From Octopus sinensis (Eukaryota), in the NCBI RefSeq assembly GCF_006345805.1, contig NC_043000.1:100316001-100380000 (forward strand): 64,000 nt of DNA, in the 5' to 3' direction. Of this stretch, positions 22,120 through 34,622 are shown piece after piece (the stretch's first letter is position 1; the number at the start of each line of letters is the position of its first letter). The notes under the pieces were generated by a model. It was not told the DNA's origin. It searched no databases and saw nothing but the letters and a program-made list of their open reading frames with translations. A program made the translations under genes and the position numbers.

Positions 22120-22650
22120 TCCTGAACGGACGCGAAATTTTTTTCCTGCGAGAGTTCCGGACTCCAGTAATGAATTTATTTGCTGGCAGTCAATCATAGC
22201 TCACCTTGATCTTGTTATCAAATTAACAAACACACACTACCGAGTAAATTCAAGACAAAGAGACCGATCGCCACGTTAAGCCTGATTTTTAGAAGGAGAC
22301 AAGTAATTAGATAGATTTGCATCTATACCTATTATCGATGTGGATGGGAAAAATGTGGGTAGAGGGTGAGGTGCTAGCAACCCTCTCCCCTTGCTGTTTT
22401 ACAAAGTAAGCAGCACAAATAACTACGCAGAGGCATCCATGGTTGAAACAAGAACATGAACAACAAGCATTATTAAAAATGAAAAGAAGCATGGTCATTC
22501 CTTACTCAAGTGACCTCATCTTATCGCTTATCACTTGTTATGCGCTCATAAATTAGTTTGATAGTTGAGCTCTGTTTGGCTGTATGCAAATGAGTTTATA
22601 ACTGGGGTCCGGAACTCTCGTGGGAAAAAAATTCGCCAGTCCGTCGCAGG
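22120..22650. mobile_element. MITE-like element with ~55-bp inverted termini; a third terminus lies at ~34255-34310
   Basis: gacgcgaaattttttttcctgcgagagttccggactccagt (22125) pairs with actggggtccggaactctcgtgggaaaaaaattcgccagtc (22602). Confidence 0.7.
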
Positions 22651-22795
22651 GTTATCTAGTTATGGATGAGTGGACTGGAGTAGTGTAAAATGAAGTGTTT
22701 TGCTTAAGAACACAACATATCGTCAGTCTGGGAATCGAAACCATTATCTTGCGATCATGAGTTCACCATCTAAACGATTAGACTACGCGCTTTCA
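22650..22795 (-). mobile_element. SINE family C (tRNA-like head)
   Basis: The minus strand has a B box ggtttcgattccc followed by tgttgtgttcttaagcaaaacacttcat. Confidence 0.7.
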
Positions 22796-23469
22796 TGAAT
22801 GCCTTTTACACATTGCTAAATCCTACCATTTCATCAAAGGGCAACACTAACATTTTGCTCTGACAATACCTTGAATTCCTTATTTCTTCTAGTCGCATTC
22901 ATTTTTATCATATTTGGCGTTATACATTTCCTCCGTGACTTCTCATTCATCGATCAGTTGTTTAGGCTCCTCCTCGCATCCTAAACTGGAAAATAAAAGT
23001 TCTGTGTAATAACACACTCTATACTGTGATAAATATAAAATTCACAAAACAGCAATAAGTCGTGGACATGACAAGGAGTTTTCGGTATATAACGATATTT
23101 GGGCAGTGATATTAATAGGTTACGCAGCGACGGTGATCACCGTCATTGTTCTTCATCATTATTACCCTAATTTTAAGTTTATTTCAATGGCTAAATGATG
23201 TTTTCGTACAAAAATTATAAAATGTTTCTGGCAGATATACAAATAGACATCGGTATATACGTACTATCTCAGAAACAGTTACCTCTTAATTTTTAGAAGT
23301 TGGGTAATGCACGACGATATTTGGTTTAAGGACAATTATGCTTAATTTTTACAATTTCTTATTTTTCTCAAGTGCTAGAAGTAGAAATAGCAATAATTAT
23401 AAATCTTGGTGCAAGGCCAGCAATTTTAGTGAGAACGGTTAGTCGATATCATTGATCCCAGTATTTGAT

Positions 23470-23790
23470 TTCGAGAGGGGCCACGGGGCCACGTTTCTGC
23501 TCCATATCAGAGAATGGAGAGAGCCAATGCATTGTAGATGCGGAGCTTCGTTTTCCGGCAGATAGAGCAGTGGCCCCAAAGGGGATTTCATAAGGAGTAC
23601 GTGACCCCGGCAGCCAGAACACACATGCGGTTGATCTCCTTATCAAAGAGGATCGAGGTCACTTTGGAGGATGTAGACGGGCTGGCACAGTACCGTCAGC
23701 AACAGAGAGCACTGGTGGACCTGGTCGACTCTACGCATGATCACGTCTATAGAACTACAAATATGGGATGAGCCCAGCCCCATCAAGCAA
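23470..23790 (-). mobile_element. RTE fragment of a different family, inserted into a minus-strand SINE A
   Basis: FDKEINRMCVLAAGVTYSL*NPLWGHCSICRKTKLRIYNALALSIL*YGAETWP. Confidence 0.85.
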
Positions 23791-23834
23791 GAAAGCAAAC
23801 AGTACTTGATTTATCGACCTCAAAAGGCTGAAAA

Positions 23835-24045
23835 GAAGAGCTGGTAGAGTCCTTAGCATGCCGAGCAAAATGCTTAGCAGCATTTCGACCATCTTTATGT
23901 TATGAGTTCAAATTTCGTTGAGGTTGACTTTGCCTTTCATCCTTTCGGGGTCGATAAAATAAGTACCAGTCGAGGACGGTGGTCGATGTAATTACCTTAC
24001 CAACTCCCTCGAAAATACTGGTTTTGTGCCAAAATTTGAAACCAT
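23835..24045 (+). mobile_element. SINE family A
   Basis: gagctggtagagtccttagcatgccgagcaaaatgcttagc...ctttgcctttcatcctttcggggtcgataaaataagtaccag. Confidence 0.85.
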
Positions 24046-24539
24046 TATCGATGTTGATGTAACTCCACTTGATTTATTACAATCTTTTTTTTTTCTCTTT
24101 TTTTGTTAAATCTAGTTCAGCTCAGATTTAGCTGAGCACCAATCAAATGCATTCAAGCTTGTATATCCTATGTGTTTTTAGTAAAACAAAATAGATAAAT
24201 AAAACTGTATCTATAATTGCATTATCCAGTGCATCATTTTTATTTTAGATGATAGGAAATCTCAAGAAGAAGAAGAAGAAGAAGAGGGAAAAGGTAGAGG
24301 AAAAGAAAGACAAGAAAGTTACATAAATGATGACATGGGAAGAAAAAATTCTTCTGCAAAACAAATGTCTGTGTAGTATAATTATATATTAGAGCATACA
24401 ATATACAATGTAATTATTATGTTTGCAGAAACATAATAATAATAGTTTTGAAAAGGATCTTGTTTAGAGTTAATCAATAAATGGTTGTGTTTTCACATCT
24501 TCACAGATTTTCTTTGGGCCAATTTTACCTATCGCGTAC

Positions 24540-24729
24540 TCTCTCTCTCTCTCTCTCTCTCTCGTGTATGTATGTATGTGTGTGTGTGTGCGTGTGTATG
24601 TATATATATACATACATACACACATAGATATGTGTTTATATATGCATATATATACATGTATGTAGACATGTACATATACATACACACACGCGCGCACACA
24701 TATACATACATACCTACATACACACTTGC

Positions 24730-24810
<81 letters not shown>
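24540..24810. repeat. Compound microsatellite (CT)n, (TA/TG/CA)n, (TCTA)n
   Basis: Read directly; (TCTA)n spans ~24730-24810. Confidence 0.95.
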
Positions 24811-24839
24811 CAGCTTATGTATCTTATTCTGTCTCCAGT

Positions 24840-26885
24840 TCTGCCTATTCCTCGGGATGAGTAGGATTCATTCATGGTTGTCACTTCGCTTGCTTCCTTC
24901 ATCTTTTCTATCCACTGCATATATAATCGTCTTCTTATTGTACCTTCAATTTATCCTGACATATGCCCTTATGCCGTCTCTCATAATAATGTGACCAAAA
25001 AATTTTAATCTTTGACATTTGGTGCATTCATCGTAATTTCAAGTTTCATTTGCTACCGTATAGATATGTTTACTCTTCCCGTTCATGCTATTCTAACTAA
25101 TCATCTCCAACACAACATTTCGAGCGCATAGATTTTCCTTCCATTTTGTTTTTTAATTGTCTAGCTTTCACCATTATGCAACATTACTGAATACATCATT
25201 GATTTTTAGCAATATTCTTTTGGTTTTTGCGACATTCCTTATCTTTCACAATATTTTGTAGTCTCATCATAACAGATTTTCCAATAGCTGTTCTTTTTCT
25301 TCAAATTTTATTTAAGCACTTAACTGCTTTTCAATATTGGATTTAAAATGAGAAATCTTGTCCATGCTTTCATCGTCTGACCTCCAATCTTAGTCTTGCC
25401 TTTTCATATTTAAATTTAACAAAATTTTAGGTTTGTTTGTAATATTTAATTTGAATCCAACTTTAGCACACCCTTCTCATACCTTTTCTAGTACACTTGT
25501 TAGAGTCTTCCTTTTCTGCCAATTGTGTTATCCGGTTATTTCAGACTGCCAATTGTATCATCCGGTTATCTCAGACTATCAATTATCTACCCTTTCATTT
25601 TAACTTTCACCTCATGATATTTTTACTGTACTAGAAGAAAATGCAAATTCTTCTTTCGATGTCTAGCAATTCTAGACACAGAATCGTTTTTATTATAGCT
25701 TACTCTGAATAAAGATCTTGTATGAGGACTAAATGTTCCGGCACACCTGTTTCTTTCAGCTACACCCAAACTAATGATTTTCACACCACATTTTTTTCTG
25801 TAAATCAGCGAAGCATATATTGAACGCTTTACAGTAGTTCCTAGATATTTCCTATTTCTATTATAGGTTTGCAGTTTGGTCTCTTGTTGCCCTTCCTTTC
25901 TTGAAACTAGTTCTGTAGCTAAGTTCATCTCCAAAGTTGGACGAAGCCATTTTTAGAATTTTTTTAACGATCTTGCTTATATGAAATATGAGGTCAACTG
26001 TCCTGTGATTATTGTATTGTTGTGCACACCTTTCCAAGGAATAGGGTTGTATTTAAACGTTTTTCAGCCTTTCCGCCACTGCCTCGTCATCTAAATGCTT
26101 TGACCAAGTTTTGTGAATATTTTAATAATAACATTTTTATCATCTACTTTCAACATTTCTAAATATCTCTACAACCTGATGCTTTTTTTTTGTTGCTACT
26201 TCAGAAATAACCCAATATATCTCTGTTCCCATTATGTTTGGTGCCTCTTCACATTCCATTGATGTATAAATCTTGAAATTCTACCTCTATATTCTTCTCA
26301 TCGCGTTTTAATAGTATCTCCTTCACTAATGTCTTCTCCATTTCTGTTCATTAGTAATCCGATTCTAAGAACTAACTTTCCAGTACTTTCCTATATTATC
26401 TTGAAGATATTTCTAGTTCTTCCTTTTTGTTGATATTCTACTTCTATTTTGCATTACTTCTTCAAATAATTATTTTTATGTTTTCTTTTCTTTCTCTTAT
26501 TTTTTGCTGCACATCGGAATTTACTGCTCAGTTTTTTGAATTCGTCAATATCTCTCATTACTTTTACTGTGTTGCCGTTCTTCTGCAACTTCTATTGTTG
26601 CTGTAATCCATTTAGTCCTTGCTCTTTCTTCTAATAAGATGGTTTCGTGTTACCTAATCAGCAATGTCATTCATTTTTTGCTATATTTCTTTAGGAAACT
26701 CGCCAAAGTTATCAATAAGTGTAAATCGATTTTTGTTTTTTCTGATAATTTCTGAAGACCTCTCAGAACTCTTTCTTAAATTTTAATTTAGTTTTAAAGA
26801 CGTGGTGTTGATTACCTGTTTCACAACCTTCTGAGGAGCTATCCATAGGTAATATTCCCTGAATTGTTTTACCTTCACATATGTT
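24840..26885 (-). mobile_element. Heavily decayed RTE-BovB-like LINE
   Basis: NHRTVDLIFHISKIVKKIL (cf. NYRTIALISHASKILLKIL) at ~25950-26010 and GKIEGTIRRRLYMQWIEKMKEA near 24900-24950. Many stops and frameshifts. Confidence 0.75.
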
Positions 26886-26889
26886 ATGC

Positions 26890-27790
26890 CTAAGTCAGCC
26901 TACGGATTCAGGCCTCGTCCAAAATTTGAAAAGGCTTTAACGTCACGATTTCATGAGTGACTTGGTTAGCTATGAAAAAGGTACAATTGAAGATTTCCAG
27001 CAGATTTTCAATGTAAAGGATGCCATATCTACGCAATCTCTTTCATGAAATAGTGTAAAAACAGACAAGTCAACGTTGTAGGAGAAAATTGAGGCTGATG
27101 ACAATTTTTATGGATGAATAGAGTGAAGTTGATTTCGAAGGTTTTCGAATCAAACCTTTATGCAAAGTGGTTAGAGAGATATATGCATTGGTGAAGAGAA
27201 ATCAGGACATGAAGGAGGAAGAGACAGAAGATTAGGTTAATATTAACAGCAATGTTCCTATCGCCATATCTTTGAATGATGAAGAAATAACTTTTGTATT
27301 GGACTCCAGCACCGTGGAAAACAAAGATGAAGAGTAAGAAGAAACAGAATCTAAAGTTTTGTAGAAGGCAGCAAAGAAGGTGCTGGATATATTTATTTCT
27401 TTTGCAGAACATTCAACGTACATGAATGCAAATGGCGTCGAGCAGTTTCATATCATTAAGAATGAATTTCTTCATGAAAGAGTAAAGACATCTCGGCAAG
27501 TTGATATACGAGAGATACTGAAGAAATTTACAGAAAAGAAGTTCCAGATTCCATCCATCAATACGGACGCTGCTAGATCTTCCAAAGTTGATGTCGGAGA
27601 TCCCGCCATATGACCGCTCCCTATCTCATCAAATTCACCCCGCCTCCTTGCTCCTTAAACCTCACCCGCCTCTTAACCTTCAGCCTCAGCAGTCAATGAA
27701 CACGCCACTTTCCTTGAATAACTTATACGAGAATAACTTCTATTTTTATATAATACAGTTTAGTGTTAAGTACTTAAATATTTAAGAAGT
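26890..27790 (+). mobile_element. pogo/Tigger transposase 3' remnant
   Basis: GLVQNLKRL*RHDFMSDLVSYEKGTIEDFQQIFNVKDAI, an acidic linker, and QFHIIKNEFLHERVKTSRQVDIREILKK. Confidence 0.75.
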
Positions 27791-28171
27791 AAAGATAATT
27801 TTATTTTCATTATAGACGCAGTTGAGAGTGAAATGTGTAAGAAAAGACTTGTGGTAATGTGAATTTAAGTGCTATTTACTAATGTATATTTTATTAGGAA
27901 GAAAATGTGTTGTTAATTAGAGCAAACAGAATTTGTGCTAACTTGTGTTAATTAATTGTTGGTAACAGAAATTAAGCTTCTACTGTATCTCAAATAAATG
28001 TTTACAGTATTATGTTTTATATCACTGAATTTACAACACAATTTTATTACAATACAATTTAATTAGGTTAAGAATTGTTTTATTTTTACTAAAGTTATGT
28101 TTCTTTGATTTTTCTTTTTACTATATACAGAATATCAATGATAATATTGATGCATATATACAGACATTTCA

Positions 28172-28834
28172 AGGCGGCGAGCTGACAGAAACGTTAGCAC
28201 GCCGGGCGAAATGCTAAGCCGTATTTCGTCTGCCGTTACAAACTGTGCTTATTTGTCCCTTCTGTGTTTAGCCCCTTGTGGGTAGTAAAGAAATAGGTAT
28301 ATCGTCTGCCGCTACGTTCTGAGTTCAAATTCCGCCGAGGTCGACTTTGCCATTCATCCTTTCCGGGTCGATTAAATAAGTACCAGTTACGCACTGGGGT
28401 CGATATAATCGACTTAATCCGTTTGTCTGTCCTTGTTTGTCCTCTCTGTGTATAGCCCTTTGTGGGCAGTAAAGAAATTGGTATTTCGTCTACCGTTACG
28501 CTCTGAGTTCAAATTCCGCCGAGGTCGACTTTACCTTTCATCCTTTCGGGGTCGATTAAATAAGTACCAGTTACGCACTGGGGTCGATATAATCGACTTA
28601 ATCCGTTTGTCTGTCCTTGTTTGTCCCCTCTGTGTATAGCCCCTTGTGGGCAGTAAAGAAATTGGTATTTCGTCTACCGTTACGCTCTGAGTTCAAATTC
28701 CGCCGAGGTCGACTTTACCTTTCATCCTTTCGGGGTCGATTAAATAAGTACCAGTTACGCACTAGGATCGATATCATCGACTTAATCCATTTGTTTGTCC
28801 CCTCTATGTTTAGCCCCTTGTGGGTAATAAGGAA
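28172..28834 (+). mobile_element. SINE A multimer (one head plus ~184-bp head-less units) inside one 18-bp TSD
   Basis: The period is 184 bp (28433 to 28617). The TSD atatatacagacatttca lies at 28154-28171 and 28835-28852. Confidence 0.93.
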
Positions 28835-29071
28835 ATATATACAGACATTTCATGGGTTTTGTAAGGTGTTATGGTAATTTAAAGTGTATGACAAGATATC
28901 TGGAAAATTCAGTTAACCGATAACACTCCGGTCCCAGTGGTACCAGACAGGGAGTTCACTATGTGTGTGTAGTAAGACTGCAATTGCAACGGTTACTAAT
29001 CGATGCAGTAGAAACATTTGTAGGTCTATAAAAATGAATTAAAGGTAATGTTAATACTATTTCGCAATAAT

Positions 29072-29179
<108 letters not shown>

Positions 29180-29969
29180 TAATAATAATAATAATAATGA
29201 TATTCTTTTTGGTTGTTCAGTATTGTTATATCAGATAGCTATATCATTTGCAAAACTGAAGTTAATACGTTTAATATCCGCTTCAACTCTTTCTCCCAAA
29301 CCACATTTTCCAGCAATATCAGTTCTCTTTTCTCTCTAATCTTTGCATTGGAAGTATTCCTGACTCTTCCCACTCTCTCTCTCCCAACACTCTCCCCTTC
29401 CCTCTTCTCTCTCTCTCTTTCTCTCTCTTACACATACACATACGTGTACACATACGCTGGCTTTCTTTCAAACACTGTACTGAAGATACGGCTACGTTCG
29501 AATTTAATCTTTTGTTGTAATTAACTTTCATTATTCTTTATAATTATCATTGACGTGTAGGGACGCGGTATTTTGTCATGTAACCATAATATACTACAAG
29601 TATATTAAACATTTTTATAAGTCAGTGCCGTGTTCTACTGTGTTAGCAGTGCTATTATATCACTTGTTGGGGTTATTCCTACGTATTTTCTATAGAAATT
29701 ATAGCCAGCACCGATTTTGTTACGACATTTCGTATCTGCGATGCTTGATGTAAACAACGAATCGACGATGAAAAATGAGTAATGGCATATATGACATATT
29801 TCAGGAGTTTTTTTCTCGTTTATCAGCACCCATCTAATCCAGTAATCATGTACGAACTCATTTCTTAATGTACTTTATGTTTAGTTTGAAACAATAATGT
29901 TCATTATTTCAATAGTGTTTCGCAATCTTGTGCTGTATATCTTCTTCCTTAATGAAGTGATGTACGCGC

Positions 29970-31510
29970 CAGGGGTTGTAAAAAATTAATTGATGAAAAA
30001 TTACTTGGTCCAATTAATTGATTGATGGTCGTACTGCCAATTAAATAATTGATTGCTATCATAATTGCAGTTAATTGCAACATTGTCAGTGAAAGTTTTT
30101 CAAACGCTCAATTGGCCAATACAGCGTTCTATTATTATTTGAGGTATTGTGTTGACACTTTGTTCTAGCTGCTGAGAATGATTCACACATCCTGTCATGC
30201 TTAGGAATTGACTATTGTGTATGTTGTCAAGTGTTAATGCTTGATTCAGACTGCTGAGAATGGTACACATTCTATCATGCTTGTGAATTGGCTATTGTGT
30301 ATGTTGTCAAATAACCGCTGTCGAGTGTTGACGTTTGGTTAGGACAATTGTGACCTTAAAGAAATACACGGAGAAACTTACTCAATAAATGGAAAAGAAA
30401 ATATCTGATGAACTTCCAAGTAAATGTCCGTTGGTAATCGACGATTGGACTAAGGGTTCGCCGCATTTCATTGAACTTCTTGCATTTTATTCGTGCAATT
30501 ATCAAAATGACTATTGTACTGTTTCACTGGATTTTTTGCCAGTGGTAAGTGAAACATCATTCACTGCTTCTGATTATGTCGAATTTATAGAGTATGTGTT
30601 AAGTGTCTGTAACAAAAATCTAGAAAATGTTGTAGCTATTATTGGAGATAATACTAAAGTGAACAAATCTATTGTGAATTTGTGTAGAATACCATTGGTT
30701 GGATGTACCTCCCATGAATTCAATCTGGCTGTTTCTGCATATCTCGACAAGCAGGAAGTTATGCTTGATAAAATTAATATGTTGATGGGCAGGCTGAAAT
30801 CATTAAAACTTGCGGGTAAACTTCGGGAAAAACCGCCTTTGCAACCTATACAAAGAAATAAAACCCGTTCATCCAGTGCTTACGACATGATTTAGAGGTC
30901 CATCCAACTCAAGCTGTTTTTAAAATCTTTTCAAGACAATCCAAAACTGGTTAATTATCTGTTGACTCCACGCGATCAAAGTGACCTGCAGACTATAAAA
31001 GACAATTTAGGAAAGTTACGCTCAGTAACAGTCGCCTTGCAAAGACGAGAAATAGATTTGGGTGATGCTCGAATTCTTTTTGACGAAATTCTCGCATTAC
31101 ATCCTTACATGGAGTTTTAAAAATATTTGCTTCCTTCGGCAGCCATTATGCACAGCCCAAATTTTGAAAGTGGAGTTGTGAAAATTGTACAACATGCAGA
31201 AGCAGAGCTACCTGCGGACGAAGTGGCTGCTTCTACATCAGCTGAAAGTGATGGCAGACACGTGACAACAGTCTGATTTACCTGTAGAAGATGATGATTT
31301 TGCTTCAATTTGTTTGAAAAAGCACAAAAAAAAAAGATAAATTCTCACCTCAGCAGTATCTGAACTGTAGATTTTTGTTACCAACGTCCAACATCTTGGA
31401 ACGTTTCTTCAGCTCAACAGGTTACGCTTTTAATGATTTTTGACAATACTTAACACCAATGAATTTAGAAATACAATTAGATCTAAAAGTCAATCGCGCT
31501 TTCTGTGTTA
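29970..31510 (+). mobile_element. hAT-superfamily transposon remnant
   Basis: Left end cagggg with AATTAATTGA subterminal repeats. Peptides VIDDWT, IIGDNTKVN, VGCTSHEFNLAV (CxxH), RNKTRSSSAYDM, IMHSPNFESGVVKI and LPTSNILERFFS. No right TIR seen. Confidence 0.85.
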
Positions 31511-32849
31511 GTGGTTTATTTGATTGAATATTGATAATGGTACGCCTATTCGTTAGCAACAAATTGGCATCAACATTTCTTCAGTATGCCGACAGCGAAC
31601 GACACTACTTTCCAGTAAAAATTAAGTACGACGCTATAAAAATAAGATCTTTTTAAAAGTAAAATTGTTAATGCATGGCGTTTTACCGCACAGATTCGAA
31701 CCACTCATGTTCTTGATTGGATATTCTGTAGTACAGCATATTCGGATTTCAAGAAATGGACTGACAAGCTAATGATTTATTCTAAGTGCAGATATAAAAG
31801 AAAGAGTCAGTTAACTCTTTACTTCTTCCACAAATACTTTCGCAAGTCTTTTATACATTTTCTAATAAGACCATGTTTGCGTAATCTTATTAAGGATTAT
31901 TTGCTGTATTTTCTTCTTAATTCTTTACAGTTTGCTTTCAGTATTAACCTACCAAGGTTTATTAACGTTTCTATAACTTCAGAGTCCTATTTTCAGGATG
32001 AAGTGGTTTGGTTTTTGGCCATTTTAATATATGAAACAAACATCATAAGATAAATATTTGGTTACTAATTTTCGTTGTTTAACCTCTGATCAGCCCTGAT
32101 CAAAGATGTTTCAGCTTTAATCATCTTATATTTTTATATGTCTATAACTACATTATACAATGTCTTCTTATTTTATGATAGTGATGAGTAATCTGAGCGA
32201 GATTCAACTCCTATTTCTCGTAGATCTAGCGACTGCGTGCTTCTTTTTTCCGTGGCTTCTCATTCATTATCGCTGAGTTTGCCCGTTAACTTCAGTGATG
32301 GAATACATGCTTTGCTGTTGTTGTTGCTGCTGTTTAAGCCCTTCACTGGTTGTTATTTCTTGAAGGTTGGTCAATTCCTTAAAAGTTCATATGTTTATTC
32401 ATAGTACAAGTTGGACATTTTGAGTTTGCTCTTATTAGTTCGGTGATCTGCACTAAGGTGGTGCTGTTAGGAGCTCCAAGCTACCAAACTTTGTTAACGT
32501 TCGTCGGAAGTGTTATTGTATTATTTCTAATTTTAAACTTTGATCGAGCATTGATAAAACATCGATATAAACGTGAAACGAAATGGCAAAACGTCTTTAG
32601 AAACTGATATTTGTTTATCAGCATTATCTTTGGTCCGGCGATAGCCATATCCTATGGCTTTCTGATTTTAAAAGGAACGACTTCTATAGTTTTTGTCAAT
32701 AAATAGAATTAAGCAATGTATGTGACGTAGTCTTTGGAGAAGAGGACTTTATTTAGGACTACTTAAAGGACGCTTCAGATATAAGATCAAGTACCCTCTC
32801 CTAAATGTAAATCACCGCCTTGCAGTCTAGAGTGAACTCATTCATTCGT

Positions 32850-34250
32850 ACTGTGTTTATTACTGTTAACTAACTTAACAAATTTACTGGCGGAGAGCAT
32901 CTTCCATTCTATCCTCACCTTTTTAGCTTGAATAAATCGATGGGGGCTTAACCGAAGAAAGAAGTTTCCATCATCAGTACTTTTAGTCTCATTTACTTCT
33001 CGATATTGACCCCATTTAGAAAAGGTTGCCCGTGCATTCCAGTTATAAGAAGGCAGTGGAGAAATCTTCCTGATAAACTCAAGATAACCCAGCATGTCAG
33101 CTGAGATACTGAGTGAATGCATGCAAAACAGTTTTGTCACTTTTCTAGAATCTCAGACAGGTTCGGCAGGCGACACTTGTAAAGTGTTTGTAGTGTTTAT
33201 CTCGAACTGGCTATACTCCACAGTAGCATCTCCAAGCCAGAAATTTCTGAAAATTACCTTTAATTTCGCAGATGAAAGTTCTCCGGACTAGACTACCATT
33301 GATACTCATCGATATTCATAATTTCCATACTTCCTCCAAAAACGTCTTATCTCTTCCCCACAACTGGTCCTCTGAAGATCTCTAACATGGAAGTTTCCCC
33401 GACTGCATTGACCTTATTCATAGAGGGTTGTGGGTATCGAGCAACATTTAGATGTCAGGCGTCCAGCCTTGGTCTTTTCTAGAAGCGCAGCTCCATCAAA
33501 GAAATGAACTGTGGAAGGATCTACATGACTAGGGGTGACTACAACCGCTGGCCAGCAAATAATTTTTATAGGTTCCGTAGCCTTAATGCATGTCAACACA
33601 TCAACAACCATAGTATATCGAGCCTTCCACGCAGAAAGTGTAAGGAGTAGATGGATCGTTTGATCAGTTGAACACGCCCCTTCGATAAGGTGTGGAAAAA
33701 CGACATTCCAGTCTGATCAAAAGAAAACTGAGACAAGTACAACGGTCAAGCGGTAAATTATAACGGAAGTAATGTATACTTTCGTCACATCTGTCTAAGT
33801 TTTCATGTCAGACAGCCCATCTCTGGGTGTGACTGACCTCACTGTTTACCATCTCAACCCAGTTCTTATCTACCTGAAGGACTGGACCAAACCAGATTCC
33901 CAGTAACTTAACCAGTCTTTCTGTCTAGTGCACTACGCTGTCCGATAGTATGGACAAACCTCTCTATGTGTTACATCCATGTCGACTTGTCCCTGTTAAT
34001 CTTTGCTCATAATTAACACCTTTGCCACGTATTCCTAGAATGGTGCCCATTACCTCAACTTCCGCGGTATCCTACGTCATTACAGTGACGTCTCCCGCGC
34101 ATTCTAACATGATACTTCCGCATCTCAGATTAAACAGTATGTCCTTCAACAGTCCAAGTTTCTGCAGCCAGTACAAACACGGAGGGTGGGAGAAGATACT
34201 CTTGGTGGACTCAGCAAGTGGTTCGAACAGTGGCGCAACTAGTTTGTACC
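32850..34250 (-). mobile_element. Tx1/L1-clade LINE ORF2 3' remnant
   Basis: VKLLGIWFGPVLQVDKNW (post-RT) and WRCYCGV*PVRDKHYKH..C.TC.R..KSDKTVLHAF (zinc-knuckle region). Confidence 0.75.
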
Positions 34251-34622
34251 GCCCGGGACGCGAAATTTTTTTTTCTCACAAGAGTTCTGGACCCCAGTAA
34301 TGAACTCATTTTCATAGAGCCTATAGTGATTGTCAGTAAGTAACATCCTATAAATTTACAATTGCATGCGAGAAAGATCGGTCACCATCTTGTACGCAAA
34401 CGACAAGAAAATAAGAATTTGTAAGACGTTTGTAATCAGTCATAACATATTTATTACTGGATGTAAAGCGTTAACATAGGTTAATTGAAGGAAAAACTTG
34501 AAACATGAATATATTTTGCAACTACATGTCTCAAAGCAAATAAGGCGAACATTCGCGCGTGCGTGTGTGTGTATGCGAGTGGCGTGACTCGATGCATGTC
34601 TAGGAACCGACAGGCAAGAGTG

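Noticed and set aside
24470-24994. Long ORFs such as the 169-aa ORF at 24485 (also 37883-38247, 47174-47455, 52393-52947, 58738-59091)
   Set aside because: They are translations of microsatellites (YLSI, IYIY, THTH, poly-K/E) with no protein signal.
28172-28834. Retrozyme (hammerhead-containing tandem repeat) explanation for the SINE A multimers
   Set aside because: No CUGANGA core was found on either strand of the unit.
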